A DNA stretch of 64,000 nt, taken from assembly GCA_040285855.1 (NCBI GenBank), contig JAUFOQ010000001.1, positions 2,418,001-2,482,000 on the forward strand, read 5' to 3'. This document shows, piece by piece, positions 51,271 to 64,000 of this stretch. How positions within the stretch are numbered: the stretch's first letter is position 1; every line of letters begins with the position of its first letter. The notes under the pieces are model-generated. The model saw nothing but the letters and a program-made list of their open reading frames with translations. It was not told where the DNA came from and did not search any database. The position numbers and the translations under genes were made by a program. Origin of the DNA: Eukaryota sp. GEM-RC1. Lineage: Eukaryota.

Positions 51271-51903
51271 CAATACATATATGGTAAACATTTATTGCAA
51301 TACATACAATAACAATATATCTTTTCGCATCTTTGGTTGGAACTTCCAACTTGGAAGTGATATTAATTAAAATCAGTGGTGTACAGTAGTTTTTTACTAG
51401 TTTGCTACAAACATTACAGAATATATAAATCTTGTGTTTGATTTTTAAAAAAGTTACATGTATGATGTCAATCTGAGAAAGGGGGGAAAATGTTATAATG
51501 TCATCACACCATTTGCCATAACAATTCTGAAAAGTGCATACTCAAGAATGTTGTTTACGGATCAGCAGCAGGTTTTTTCGAATTGTCCAATTTTTACCAT
51601 CACACAAAGCAGACGTGGAAGCACATGTAGCTTTATTCGGTAACCAAAAAAACAAATGAAATGTGAGGTTCAAAGAAGAATGTCTAGTCCTTCCGCTTAG
51701 CTCAGCATTACAGCTTGATTTTGTTGAGAAAGAGAAGACCGAATTTTGATATCAGTCTCTTACATTTGGAACAACCAACGTCAACGTCACAAACTGATGT
51801 GGTATCAAAATTGATTTTGATGACTGTTAGAATTAGGAGGTCGAAAGACGTGTCCAAAAATGAGAGAGGTCGTCAGAATTCCAACTTATTCACCATCACC
51901 ACA

Positions 51904-53223
51904 ATGAACAATGTTTCGACCTTTTGTAGCGACTATGTTGAGAAGCACAATCTAGGAACCCTCTTTGAGGATATGATGACGGCACTAATTATTGAGAAGC
52001 CAGACAACCCCATTGACTTTCTTAAGGAAGCTATTCCTTCAATAGATGCTCCCAGAATCATTCTGGCTGGTCCTCCAGCATCTGGTAAGGGTACAGCGGC
52101 TGAAAAGATATGTAAACACCTCTCTGTAGTCCACATCTCTGTTGGTGATCTTTTACGAAACTCTATACGCAGTGAGTCTCCTACAGGTCTTGAAGCTAAG
52201 AAATTCATGGATTCTGGAAAGCTGGTTCCTGACAACATCATCATCTCTATTGTTTCTGAAGAACTTCGAACTCCTCAAGTCCGCCAGAAGGGCTGGCTCT
52301 TAGATGGCTTCCCTCGCACTTCCAGCCAAGCCAAAGCTCTTATCCTCAGCGGTCACATCCCTCATGTCTTCATTGATCTCAAAGTCCCTGATGAAGTTAT
52401 TGTGGAGAGAATAACAGGAAGAAGGCTGGACCCTGATACCGGAGACATCTACCATATCACCCATAAACCTCCTCCTCCAGAAATTGAGGATAGAGTCGTC
52501 CAAAGAGATGATGACACGGAAGAAACTGCCGTTAACCGCCTAGAAACCTATCATCTTCATTCTGAATGTGTATCTATTTATTTTGACTCGGTACGCTGCG
52601 AAGTTGATGGTCTACGTAGTCCTTCTGTAATCTTTGATGATATTGCCAGTATTATCAAAACAGCCCAAAGAGCACTTCCCCCCAGACGTCGTCCTCGTAC
52701 TTTTGTTCTTGGAGCAACTAAGAAAGGGGTTCGTTCGATAGCTAAACGGTTGTCTGATGCTACTGGTTGTGTATTAGTCTCTCCAATGCACTTCCTTACG
52801 AGTCTAAACCTGACATTGACTGACTTTCTGAATGGTAAAGGCAGGGGTGACTTGCTGGCGTTGCTAGCGTCTAGATTGAAGTCTTCTGACTGTCATGATC
52901 GTGGGTTTGTAGTGGAGATGCCTGTACTATCTGTACATGAGTGTAAAGTGTTGAATACAGCAGGAATCACACCTAATAGAGTGGTTACTGTGGACTGTAG
53001 TGGTGATGTAGCTGAGGATGTAGAGGAAGGCGTGGAACAACTTGTGTTAGAGAAGGAGTTTGAGGAGCATTGGTCTCAGTTTGATTCTCTGATAGAAGCA
53101 GAGCTTTCGGAAATGGCTGTGTGGTTCTCTAATCAGGATAATTGTAATGTTCTTAACTGTAATGCATTCCTGGGAATAAGTCAAGTCTGTGGTAAGGCAA
53201 TTGAGTTTTTAAGAAGAGATTAA
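51904..53223 (+). CDS. Adenylate kinase 8-like (Dpy-30/RIIa-type docking domain, active AK domain, degenerate second AK domain)
   Basis: YVEKHNL..LFEDMMTALIIEKPDNPIDFL; P-loop GPPASGKGT; GWLLDGFPRT; GRRLDP; QRDDD. The second domain has a degenerate P-loop (LGATKKGVRS). Confidence 0.9.
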   Translation: MNNVSTFCSDYVEKHNLGTLFEDMMTALIIEKPDNPIDFLKEAIPSIDAPRIILAGPPASGKGTAAEKICKHLSVVHISVGDLLRNSIRSESPTGLEAKKFMDSGKLVPDNIIISIVSEELRTPQVRQKGWLLDGFPRTSSQAKALILSGHIPHVFIDLKVPDEVIVERITGRRLDPDTGDIYHITHKPPPPEIEDRVVQRDDDTEETAVNRLETYHLHSECVSIYFDSVRCEVDGLRSPSVIFDDIASIIKTAQRALPPRRRPRTFVLGATKKGVRSIAKRLSDATGCVLVSPMHFLTSLNLTLTDFLNGKGRGDLLALLASRLKSSDCHDRGFVVEMPVLSVHECKVLNTAGITPNRVVTVDCSGDVAEDVEEGVEQLVLEKEFEEHWSQFDSLIEAELSEMAVWFSNQDNCNVLNCNAFLGISQVCGKAIEFLRRD

Positions 53224-53694
53224 ACTTGATTGTATGATAAAATATCTTCCTCTGTTGTTGTGTTAGTAGTTTCTTCTGGGATTGTCTTATAGAGTGTTGC
53301 TTTTATACAGCAGTATAACAGATCGTCATTCATACTACATGTATATATAACACAAGTTTGTTGCTGTGTGCCAGTAATAGTTTTAATGACTAATACCAGG
53401 AATGTTTGGTAGTTCAGTTCAATTTTGTTCAAAAACATAGGAACTGAACTGAACTAATGAATACTCCGGTAACAGTTATTACGTTTTGTATGACGAAATC
53501 TCCATTTAAATTCAGAACTTGAGAAGTAGATCCGGAAATAGATCAAATGTAGTGCCCTCCATATTATCGTAAAATATTCAAGGAATGAACCTGACCGTAG
53601 ATCGTAATTGAAACATATTTAACTTCAACAGGCACAAAAAGAAAAAAAGGCGACCAAGATATGACACTTTAACAAAATTATTTTATCTCTAAAA

Positions 53695-54722
53695 TCAATA
53701 ATCATTACTCTCCCGACAAAGACCACAACCCAAGCAAAAAACAACTCCTGGTTGAGGATGTTTGACTTTTGTTAAACAGGTCGATCCTGGGCAAGGTGGA
53801 AGCCGTCCGGAGCTTAACAAACTTGATACTTGACCTGATCGTTTGTGACAAGCTTCACAATAATTCTGACTGCCACATTGCCATGCAGCTATTTCACAAC
53901 AAAACACACACTTCCATTGAATTGCATCTGTACCATGAATAGAACAACTGGTGGCTTGATTTGGTGAAATACATGTTTGACATTTAAGTTTTGATGGATC
54001 AAAGTCATCATCATTACCAGCATTCACACCACATTCACGTCTCCCACCAAAGTATGGACTCTTACAGTCAAAACATTCATAGTAAATATAACTGTGAAGG
54101 GAGAACTCAGTAGGTTTGTGATAAAACTCATCAGTTGTATCACTCAGTCTGGGGCTTTTGTCATCGCCCTCGTACTGGAGTCTGCGCAAAGCCTTGTGCT
54201 TGACAGTTTGGAACAGCTTCATTGCAGCATCTGCTTCTTGTTTGATCTCTGCAACGTCTGATTCAATAAATGACCTACATTGTGGACATTTGGCGTAATT
54301 AAACGAGAGGTGGGGAGTTTGATAACCAAATCGAAGCTGTTGTAGAATACATTCCTGATGAAACACGTGTCCACACTTCAATTTGACACATAAATTGTCT
54401 GCTAACGGGTCAGTATAGCAAATGGAACACAAATGGTCAGCAGTTTGATCACATTGAAGACAGAAGCAAGAATGTTGCCCACATCCATTACAGAAATGTC
54501 CACAGTCCAAACGAATATCACAGGAAAGATGATGCTTTTGGCGGCATTCTTGGTCATTGCATAATGGCGAGTAAGCGTCAGCAACTTCCTTTCACAGAAT
54601 CTGCATTGGTTTGATCCATGGTGGTCGATGGTAAGGCCCTGAAGGTCAGCAAGAGTATTACTTCCAGTTAAACAACACGTTTGGGAGCTTGAGTTATTAT
54701 AGGCAGTAGAACTGATTGACAT
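53695..54722 (-). CDS. Stand-alone MYCBP2/Highwire-type RING + tandem-cysteine E3 ubiquitin ligase (one frameshift near 54580)
   Basis: CRFC..C...EC..CGHFCNG; RING CSICYT..LKCGHVFHQEC..CPQC; KALRRLQYEG; YYECFDCKSPYFGGRREC; KCVFCCEIAAWQC; HPQPGVVFCLGCGLCR. Confidence 0.88.
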
Positions 54723-55206
54723 TGCACTGGGAAGATGGTGAAGTCGGAATAATTTTTAATTTTGGATTTGCATTGTTTGTTCCTTCCTTGAGTAACAAAC
54801 CCTTTTCTTGATACTTCAACACCACAACTTCTTGTCTAACTCAATGACGTAAATCCTCTGATCGGTCATTTTCCTACAGTTCTTCTAAAAGCAGTTGTTA
54901 TGAATTTCCACATGCTTAGCATGTACCATGGTTTTACTGTTGTCAGCACATAAGGTCTGAAAGTTGTCCCGTTTCCAGCCAGTATTGATGCAACTTATCA
55001 TCTTCACTACTAACCATCACACTGAAAAAACAACACACAAATGAATATTTTCTACATGTACTATTTTTATGAACACTGCTAATCTAAAGTTGCTGAAACA
55101 GTCTTAAAGGTTCAGAAATTACATCTTTTTAAACAAATAACTTAAACAAATAACTTAAACACATGGTACAATCAATCAAAATCAATCAAAAACTAAACTA
55201 AAATCA

Positions 55207-56208
55207 TCAAGGTGAATCATCAAATGCGACCACGTCAATGACTCCTGAATGTGGAATTCCCATCAAACTCTCATAATCACTCTGTATCTTACTCTTCACC
55301 TCTAGCGCTCTTTTCTGCTCCATCTCAAACCTCTGCTGTTGCAACTTCTTCAAACCCTCCTTATACATTTCACTTTCCCTATCAAACCAAGGATTACGAC
55401 ACTTGATGAGTTTCTGCATTAAAGTACCTACTAGATCAGTAGACAAAGTTTGCACTAATCCCATGTTATGTCGTACAATTTTGTCTATTTTGTCGAATAT
55501 TTTACTTGAAAAGAGCTCAGCTTGTAGCCTTCGACTCACTAGAAACTTGTCAACTACTTCGTTACCAACCACCATTCGAATAGAGCTCAAAGCAATTTGA
55601 GAAGGCGTAAACATCAACAACACATCTCCAAAACACATTTTGTGAAGGATTTTGGTTGCTCCCAACTCGACTGACTCCACGTCATCTTGATTGAGGAATT
55701 TGAGTTCGACGAATTCAGCAAGAAATCCTGATAGAGAGCGGAAAGGAAGATGTACTAAGAGATGGTGCTTGATCAAAGACATTATGGCAAACTCAAACTC
55801 TAACACCATTTCCCTCCTATAGTGGAAGATTCGGCTAAAGTCATCAACATTCATTTTGACTTCTTCAACTTTCAGCGCAAGAAAGATAACTGCAGGGATA
55901 ACATCCAGGGGGATACGATCCATTATAGAGCATTGGAGATAGACACGTTTGAAGTATATAAGAGCGGTTGCAGTGACTTGATTGAGATTAGGAAGTCCAA
56001 GTGAAGATTTGTTGAGAGTTCCAATGATGATAGATTCAAAGTGAAGGCGTAGGAGTTCTTCATCTTCAAGCGTAAGCTTAGGATACGGGTTGTTTATTGG
56101 ATCAAGAGAGGGAGGAACGTTATCATTGAGGGATTGTCTTGTGGAAGAAATAGTGTCTGCTGATAGAAGCCAATGCTTACGTTGAGTAGATGAAGCATAT
56201 AAGGCCAT
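55207..56208 (-). CDS. CCNH: Cyclin H
   Basis: YASSTQRKHW N-terminus, VTATALIYFKRVYL, FLALKVEE, VHLPFRSLSGF, FTPSQIAL. Confidence 0.9.
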   Translation of the reverse strand: MALYASSTQRKHWLLSADTISSTRQSLNDNVPPSLDPINNPYPKLTLEDEELLRLHFESIIIGTLNKSSLGLPNLNQVTATALIYFKRVYLQCSIMDRIPLDVIPAVIFLALKVEEVKMNVDDFSRIFHYRREMVLEFEFAIMSLIKHHLLVHLPFRSLSGFLAEFVELKFLNQDDVESVELGATKILHKMCFGDVLLMFTPSQIALSSIRMVVGNEVVDKFLVSRRLQAELFSSKIFDKIDKIVRHNMGLVQTLSTDLVGTLMQKLIKCRNPWFDRESEMYKEGLKKLQQQRFEMEQKRALEVKSKIQSDYESLMGIPHSGVIDVVAFDDSP

Positions 56209-56560
56209 TTGTGAGGAATGTATGAAATGTACAAGAAGTTAAGAATTGTCTTGTTCGTTTTAAGAAAGTTGCTCAACTGTTAGGAAACGCTGAATTCTCT
56301 GTAACACTAAATGTTTCCAATTGGAACAACAGTTGGAACAACTCCTGATAAGGCAGTTGCATAATTGTGTGTTATGTAAACATAATTTATGTTAATACCA
56401 TCAAGGAAACTGTACGTACGAGAATCGAAAAGAACACGTCAAGAACTGGACATGTACTTTGATGGGAAGGCAACAGTGACTGTAACGATCATTTTGCAAT
56501 ATGGTGATCGGAGGCAAATGTCATTCTATTATAGTCTAGGACATTTCTTGGTACATCCAT

Positions 56561-59500
56561 ATGGTCCTTCTCTTTCTATGGTGTCTCTGTGTCCTTGTTG
56601 CTGATGCAAGTGAAATATCATTCTCTCCTGGAACAAACCCTGAACTCCCTCTCATCTGGTCACGTGATTCTATTTGGTCTGTGCCCCATCCTTCGGACCC
56701 ATCAACATTTACCTATCTTGTCGACGGTAATGGCCACACTATAGAGGTGAACATCGTAGTTAAAGTATTGTCTCTCCATCTTACAGACGTCACTCTCCTT
56801 CTCGAATATCCCATCACAGTTCTCGACTCTTGCACGTTTACTGATGTCCTTATACAATCTTCACCAGACTTGCAGACCTTCACCACTTCTGACTTTAAAC
56901 TACTTGGCTCTGCTGACTTAGTCCTGCTACACTTAATAATTACAAGAGAATCGGAGCTTGATGAAGGTATTTTGTTGTTAGCTAATGCGAAACTGATTAT
57001 TGATGACGATGCACTCTTCAAAATAAACGCTCCGCTCCTGGTCGTTGATGCCAACACGATTGCCTGGGGAGTTGGTGGTGGTGGTCGTACTGGAACAGAA
57101 GAAGAGTCCGTTCATGAACATATGGGAGTTGTTTCAGATGAGATCTTTACCACTATATCCGGAGGGTATCATCATTCTCTAGGAATCAATGAAGAAGGAA
57201 ACCTTTTTTCTTGGGGTGTCAATGCCCATGGACAGTTGGGTTTAGATCATACTTCGAATGTACTTGTTCCTACAAAGGTTGACTCTTTAACCAATGTGGT
57301 TCAAGCCTCTGCTGGCGTGGACTTCTCCCTAGCAAGAACGTCTGATGGATTTGTTTATTCGTGGGGTTCTTACGTTGATTATGCTTTGGGACGTATTCAG
57401 ACCGAAAATTCATTAAAGCCTGAAGTATTACCGTTTATTAAACCGGTTGTGTATATTTCTGCTGGTCATACATATGGTCTTGTAGTCCTAGATGATGGAG
57501 ATGTCTATGTGTGGGGGAAAAATGATGAAGGTCAACTTGGTGTTGGTGACAGAAATGATCGACAAACTCCTGTAAGGAATACTCATGCCACTTACCAAAG
57601 AAAAGTATTGGGATGTGAGAACTTTTCGTTCTTTCTCTCCCTTGACGACAGGCTTCAATCTTCTGGGCATAATGGTGCAGGTCAGTGTTGTACTGGAAAT
57701 TCGGGCCAAACGGTTTCACCACGGGATATTGCCGACCATAGCTCACTCAGAGTTGCAGAGGTACAGTGTGGTGAGTTGTTTACGTATTTCATGACTACTA
57801 GTGGAGACCTTTACGTTTGTGGAATAATCAGTCCTGCTACAGGCAATGGAGCAAATTCGCCGTATAAGATTGACATACCAAATGTCAGATCCATTGCAGC
57901 TGGCAAGTATCATGCTTTCGCATTACAAGCAAGTGGTGAGCTCTATAGTTGGAGTAAGGATTCGAAGCAACCTTCATTAGTGGTTTCACAATTGGGAGAG
58001 TTTATCGCGGGTGATTTTTTTGCTGGTCATTTACATTACTTTTATTTCCCTATCTATGAGCCTTTAATTGTAAGTTCGGGTGAGTCTCTTCTGCAAGTTA
58101 ATGGAACAATTGAGAATGTAGGATCCGTCTTTGATTTTGACATTGATGTTGCTGTTTCTGAAGCAGGTGCGATCCACGTTAAGTCTGGAGCTCTTAATTT
58201 TGCTCAATTTGTACATCATTCAGGTATAATTTCTGCCACAGACACCTTTGAACTCAACTTTTCTGATTTAATTCTTGATAGTGGAATTATCACATCTAAT
58301 TCATCTATTGTTTATGATTATGCGTATTCTATTACTGGATTTGGTACTCTAAATTGTGATGTCATTAACCACGGAGTAATTTCCCCTTCGGGTGTAATTG
58401 AAATATCTCATAGTTTAATTCTTGGATCATATTCACGATTATCTTTCAACAACAAAGAGACTAACGTTGTTCAATTAATTGTTTCTGAAACAGTTGACTT
58501 TGGAGGTTCTATTCATATTGATTTTACTCATCACGAGCTTGCAGCTGGTCTTACTTTCACATTAATGACTTATTCAACTTCTGAAATTGTCCATTTTGAT
58601 TCTATTACTGTTAAGTGGCATCCGCTCTTCTCACTAGATTTCACCTCAACCAGTCTCGAAATAACCACACTTTACGACGTTGCTTCTTATTTAAACCAAG
58701 TTGCTCATCTCTCACCTTTTGGAACTGATGAAGACTACTGTGGAATCGAGGTCTTGCCTTGTCTCTCGTTAAGTAAGGTACAACAACGAATGGGTTACTC
58801 AGGGTTAATCTATTTACATGGAGGGGACTATAATGGAACCGTTTTCGATGTACAGTTGGAAAACGTTACTTACATTTTTCAAGGTTGGAAATCTAGTTTT
58901 GACCTTCCAAATGTTGTTCTCTCGAACACTACTCTTGTTAAAAACTCTGATATAGAGTTTCTTGACTTGAATGTGTCTTGTTCTCATGATGATACATGTT
59001 TTGATATCCTGAATTCTAGATTCAATTTTACCAACTCTAATGTCACCACTACCGGTTTTTCCTTTGTCACTGGCTCCGATTCACAAATTTTAATTCAAAA
59101 CGTGTATTTTAATTCTGAGCTGTTGGGTTACCCTGTGTTTGATTTAGATCTTTGTTACTTGACTGTTCTTTATTCACAGTTTGTTGGTGGTTCCTCTGTA
59201 TTATTGGTTACAGGCTCCAGTGTGGCATTCGAAGATGTTGAACTGATTATCCACCAGCTAAATGAAAAGCATTTATTTGATATCACCAGGTCTAGCTTGT
59301 CTCTAAAATTAGCGGATATGAACCAAATTTCGTGTGATTTCTCGTTAAAATCTATTGTTGGTGTGTTTCTTTCCAATGTCAGTGTCACTAATATGGTCTT
59401 ATCAGAGTCTTCTTGTCCTCTTCTAGAGTCCTTGCAAAGTACAATCGATGTAGAAGATGTATTTATCGAAAACTCTAATGTTTCCACGTTAATTCAGTGT

Positions 59501-62500
59501 TCTAGTTCTGAGTTGAAAATGAAACACTTGGCTGTAAGCAATCTTAATGGTCAATTGTATGAAGTTTCTCACGATAGCACTGTTGTGGTTTCTACATCGT
59601 CTTTTTTCTTCTCTTAATTCTGGTTTAACTTTGATTGATATTCAAAATTCCAAATTCAATTCTACAGATATGGTAGTAGGTGATGCCAAGACGTCGTCGT
59701 TTTTAAGTGTTTTGTCTTCCACCGCTTCTTTTAGTTCAACGTCGGTCCTGCCTCTTGAATTAACTCATGGATCTCTTGTTTTATGCATTGATTCGTACTT
59801 GGATTTGATGGATTTCGATGTCTTTGGCGAGGTTGATGTCCAAGATGAATTTACCAAAAACTCTACATTAATCAAGTGTTCCAATTCTGAATTAATTATG
59901 AATCATTTGAATGTAAGCAATCTTAATGGCCAATTATATGAAATCTCTCACGATAGCACTGTTGTTGTTTCTACATCGTCTTTTTCTTCTCTTAATTCGG
60001 GTTTAACTTTGATTGATATTGAAAATTCCAAATTCAATTCTACCGATATGGTTATTGGTGATGCCAAGACGTCGTCGTTCTTGAGTGTTTTGTCTTCCAC
60101 AGCTTCTTTTAGTTCAACTTCGGTCCTGTCTCTTGAATTAATTCATGGATCTCTTGTTTTATGCATTGATTCGTACTTGGATTTGATGAATTTCGATGTC
60201 GTTGGCGAGATTGATGTCCAAGGTGAATTTACCAAAAACTCTACATTAATCAAGTGTTCTAATTCTGAATTAATTATGAATGATTTGAATGTAAGCAATC
60301 TTAATGGCCAATTATATGAAATCTCTCACGATAGCACTGTTGTTGTTTCTACATCTTCTTTTTCTTCTCTTAATTGTGGTTTAACTTTGATTGATATTGA
60401 AAATTCCAAATTCAATTCTACAGATATGGTAGTAGGTGATGCCAAGACGTCGTCGTTTTTAAGTGTTTTGTCTTCCACCGCTTCTTTTAGTTCAACTTCG
60501 GTCCTGTCTCTTGAATTAATTCATGGATCTCTTGTTTTATGCATTGATTCGTACTTGGATTTGATGAATTTCGATGTCGTTGGCGAGATTGATGTCCAAA
60601 GTGAATTTACCAAAAACTCTACATTAATCAAGTGTTCTAATTCTGAATTAATTATGAATGATTTGAATGTAAGCAATCTTAATGGCCAATTGTATCAAAT
60701 TTCCCAGGATAGTACTGTTGTTGTTTCTACATTGTCTTTTTCTTCTCTTAATTCTGGTTTAACTTTGATTGATTTTGAAAATTCCAAATTCAATTCTACC
60801 GATATGGTTATTGGTGATGCCAAGACGTCGTCGTTCTTGAGTGTTTTGTCTTCCACAGCTTCTTTTAGTTCAACTTCGGTCCTGTCTCTTGAATTAATTC
60901 ATGGATCTCTTGTTTTATGCATTGATTCGTACTTGGATTTGATGAATTTCGATGTCGTTGGCGAGATTGATGTCCAAGGTGAATTTACCAAAAACTCTAC
61001 ATTAATCAAGTGTTCTAATTCTGAATTAGTTATGAATGATTTGAATGTAAGCAATCTTAATGGCCAATTATATGAAATCTCTCACGATAGCACTGTTGTT
61101 GTTTCTACATCTTCTTTTTCTTCTCTTAATTCTGGTTTAACTTTGATTGATATTGAAAATTCCAAATTCAATTCTACAGATATGGTAATAGGTGATGCCA
61201 AGACGTCGTCGTTTTTAAGTGTTTTGTCTTCCACCGCTTCTTTTAGTTCAACTTCGGTCCTGTCTCTTGAATTAATTCATGGATCTCTTGTTTTATGCAT
61301 TGATTCGTACTTGGATTTGATGGATTTCGATGTCTTTGGCGAGGTTGATGTCCAAGATGAATTTACCAAAAACTCTACATTAATCAAGTGTTCCAATTCT
61401 GAATTAATTATGAATCATTTGAATGTAAGCAATCTTAATGGCCAATTATATGAAATCTCTCACGATAGCACTGTTGTTGTTTCTACATCGTCTTTTTCTT
61501 CTCTTGATTCTGGTTTAACTTTGATTGATATTGAAAATTCCAAATTCAATTCTACCGATATGGTTATTGGTGATGCCAAGACGTCGTCGTTCTTGAGTGT
61601 TTTGTCTTCCACAGCTTCTTTTAGTTCAACTTCGGTCCTGTCTCTTGAATTAATTCATGGATCTCTTGTTTTATGCATTGATTCGTACTTGGATTTGATG
61701 AATTTCGATGTCGTTGGCGAGATTGATGTCCAAAGTGAATTTACCAAAAACTCTACATTAATCAAGTGTTCTAATTCTGAATTAATTATGAATGATTTGA
61801 ATGTAAGCAATCTTAATGGCCAATTGTATCAAATTTCCCAGGATAGTACTGTTGTTGTTTCTACATCGTCTTTTTCTTCTCTTAATTCTGGTTTAACTTT
61901 GATTGATTTTGAAAATTCCAAATTCAATTCTACCGATATGGTTATTGGTGATGCCAAGACGTCGTCGTTCTTGAGTGTTTTGTCTTCCACAGCTTCTTTT
62001 AGTTCAACTTCGGTCCTGTCTCTTGAATTAATTCATGGATCTCTTGTTTTATGCATTGATTCGTACTTGGATTTGATGAATTTCGATGTCGTTGGCGAGA
62101 TTGATGTCCAAGGTGAATTTACCAAAAACTCTACATTAATCAAGTGTTCTAATTCTGAATTAGTTATGAATGATTTGAATGTAAGCAATCTTAATGGCCA
62201 ATTATATGAAATCTCTCACGATAGCACTGTTGTTGTTTCTACATCTTCTTTTTCTTCTCTTAATTCTGGTTTAACTTTGATTGATATTGAAAATTCCAAA
62301 TTCAATTCTACAGATATGGTAATAGGTGATGCCAAGACGTCGTCGTTTTTAAGTGTTTTGTCTTCCACCGCTTCTTTTAGTTCAACTTCGGTCCTGTCTC
62401 TTGAATTAATTCATGGATCTCTTGTTTTATGCATTGATTCGTACTTGGATTTGATGAATTTCGATGTCGTTGGTGAGATTGATGTCCAAGGTGAATTTAC

Positions 62501-64000
62501 CAAAAACTCTACATTAATCAAGTGTTCTAATTCTGAATTAATTATGAATGATTTGAATGTAAGCAATCTTAATGGCCAATTATATGAAATCTCTCACGAT
62601 AGCACTGTTGTTGTTTCTACATCTTCTTTTTCTTCTCTTAATTCTGGTTTAACTTTGATTGATATTGAAAGTTCCAAATTCAATTCTACAGATATGGTAG
62701 TAGGTGATGCCAAGACGTCGTCGTTTTTAAGTGTTTTGTCTTCCACCGCTTCTTTTAGTTCAACTTCGGTCCTGTCTCTTGAATTAATTCATGGATCTCT
62801 TGTTTTATGCATTGATTCGTACTTGGATTTGATGAATTTTGATGTCGTTGGCGAGATTGATGTCCAAGGTGAATTTACTAAAAACTCTACATTAATCAAG
62901 TGTTCTAATTCTGAATTAATTATGAATGATTTGAATGTAAGCAATCTTTATGGCCAATTGTATCAAATTTCCCAGAATAGTACTGTTGTTGTTTCTACAT
63001 CGTCTTTTTCTTCTCTTAATTCTGGTTTAACTTTGATTGATATTGAAAATTCCAAATTCAATTCTACCGATATGGTTATTGGTGATGCCAAGACGTCGTC
63101 GTTCTTGAGTGTTTTGTCTTCCACAGCTTCTTTTAGTTCAACTTCGGTCCTGTCTCTTGAATTAATTCATGGATCTCTTGTTTTATGCATTGATTCGTAC
63201 TTGGATTTGATGGATTTCGATGTCTTTGGCGAGGTTGATGTCCAAGATGAATTTACCAAAAACTCTACATTAATCAAGTGTTCCAATTCTGAATTAATTA
63301 TGAATCATTTGAATGTAAGCAATCTTAATGGCCAATTATATGAAATCTCTCACGATAGCACTGTTGTTGTTTCTACATCGTCTTTTTCTTCTCTTGATTC
63401 TGGTTTAACTTTGATTGATATTGAAAATTCCAAATTCAATTCTACCGATATGGTTATTGGTGATGCCAAGACGTCGTCGTTCTTGAGTGTTTTGTCTTCC
63501 ACAGCTTCTTTTAGTTCAACTTCGGTCCTGTCTCTTGAATTAATTCATGGATCTCTTGTTTTATGCATTGATTCGTACTTGGATTTGATGAATTTCGATG
63601 TCGTTGGCGAGATTGATGTCCAAGGTGAATTTACCAAAAACTCTACATTAATCAAGTGTTCTAATTCTGAATTAATTATGAATGATTTGAATGTAAGCAA
63701 TCTTAATGGCCAATTATATGAAATCTCTCACGATAGCACTGTTGTTGTTTCTACATCTTCTTTTTCTTCTCTTAATTCTGGTTTAACTTTGATTGATATT
63801 GAAAATTCCAAATTCAATTCTACAGATATGGTAGTAGGTGATGCCAAGACGTCGTCGTTTTTAAGTGTTTTGTCTTCCACCGCTTCTTTTAGTTCAAGTT
63901 CGGTCATGTCTCTTGAATTAATTCATGGATCTCTTGTTTTATGCATTGATTCGTACTTGGATTTGATGAATTTTGATGTCGTTGGCGAGATTGATGTCCA
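56561..64000 (+). CDS. Very large secreted or surface protein: signal peptide, RCC1-repeat propeller, beta-solenoid region, 126-aa tandem repeats (runs off window end)
   Basis: Signal peptide MVLLFLWCLCVLVADA; RCC1 repeats (SWGVNAHGQLG, VWGKNDEGQLG); G.D...CG....PC.SL motif. The ORF break at 59617 follows an extra T in a T-run; the repeat frame appears open to the window end. Confidence 0.85.
59490..64000 (+). repeat. Tandem array of about 12 near-identical 378-bp coding units
   Basis: Marker GTAAGCAATCTT recurs at 59534, 59913, 60291 and onward with period 378 bp (126 codons). Confidence 0.95.

Larger units (their letters stand above)
49216..51335 (-). mobile_element. Old hAT element with dimerisation-domain remnant, carrying nested LINE fragments
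   Basis: Ends CAGGGATGC / GCATCTTTG; degenerate TSD GTTTGAAG / GTTGGAAC; ORF 49471-49728 contains TSNPVERLFSRAKL..RLHSSNLE. Confidence 0.65.

Overview
AT-rich genomic DNA from a unicellular eukaryote, probably a flagellate (EB1, cyclin H, cullin, ArfGAP, AK8-like kinase), using the standard code. It has tiny 26-34 nt GT-AG introns and at least one very short intergenic spacer. Housekeeping genes (ArfGAP, iPGM, EB1, TTC37/Ski3-like, AK8-like, MYCBP2-type RING E3, cyclin H) are interleaved with expanded, rearranged gene families (BTB-SPRY, two LRR families sharing an unnamed N-terminal domain, a divergent cullin). Transposon debris is abundant: hAT non-autonomous elements with 8-bp TSDs, pogo, Ty3/gypsy and RLE-LINE remnants. 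Highlights: (1) a degenerate Fanzor (eukaryotic TnpB-like RNA-guided nuclease) with a GAAA-loop hairpin just after its stop codon (candidate omega-RNA), next to a small secreted-protein gene; (2) a hybrid histidine kinase whose H-box is assembled from 7-nt and 10-nt micro-exons; (3) a stand-alone RING-Cys-relay E3; (4) a giant RCC1/beta-solenoid surface protein with a 378-bp tandem coding array. Many single-base frameshifts fall in homopolymers and are probably long-read assembly errors. All assignments come from reading motifs by eye; no database searches were run.
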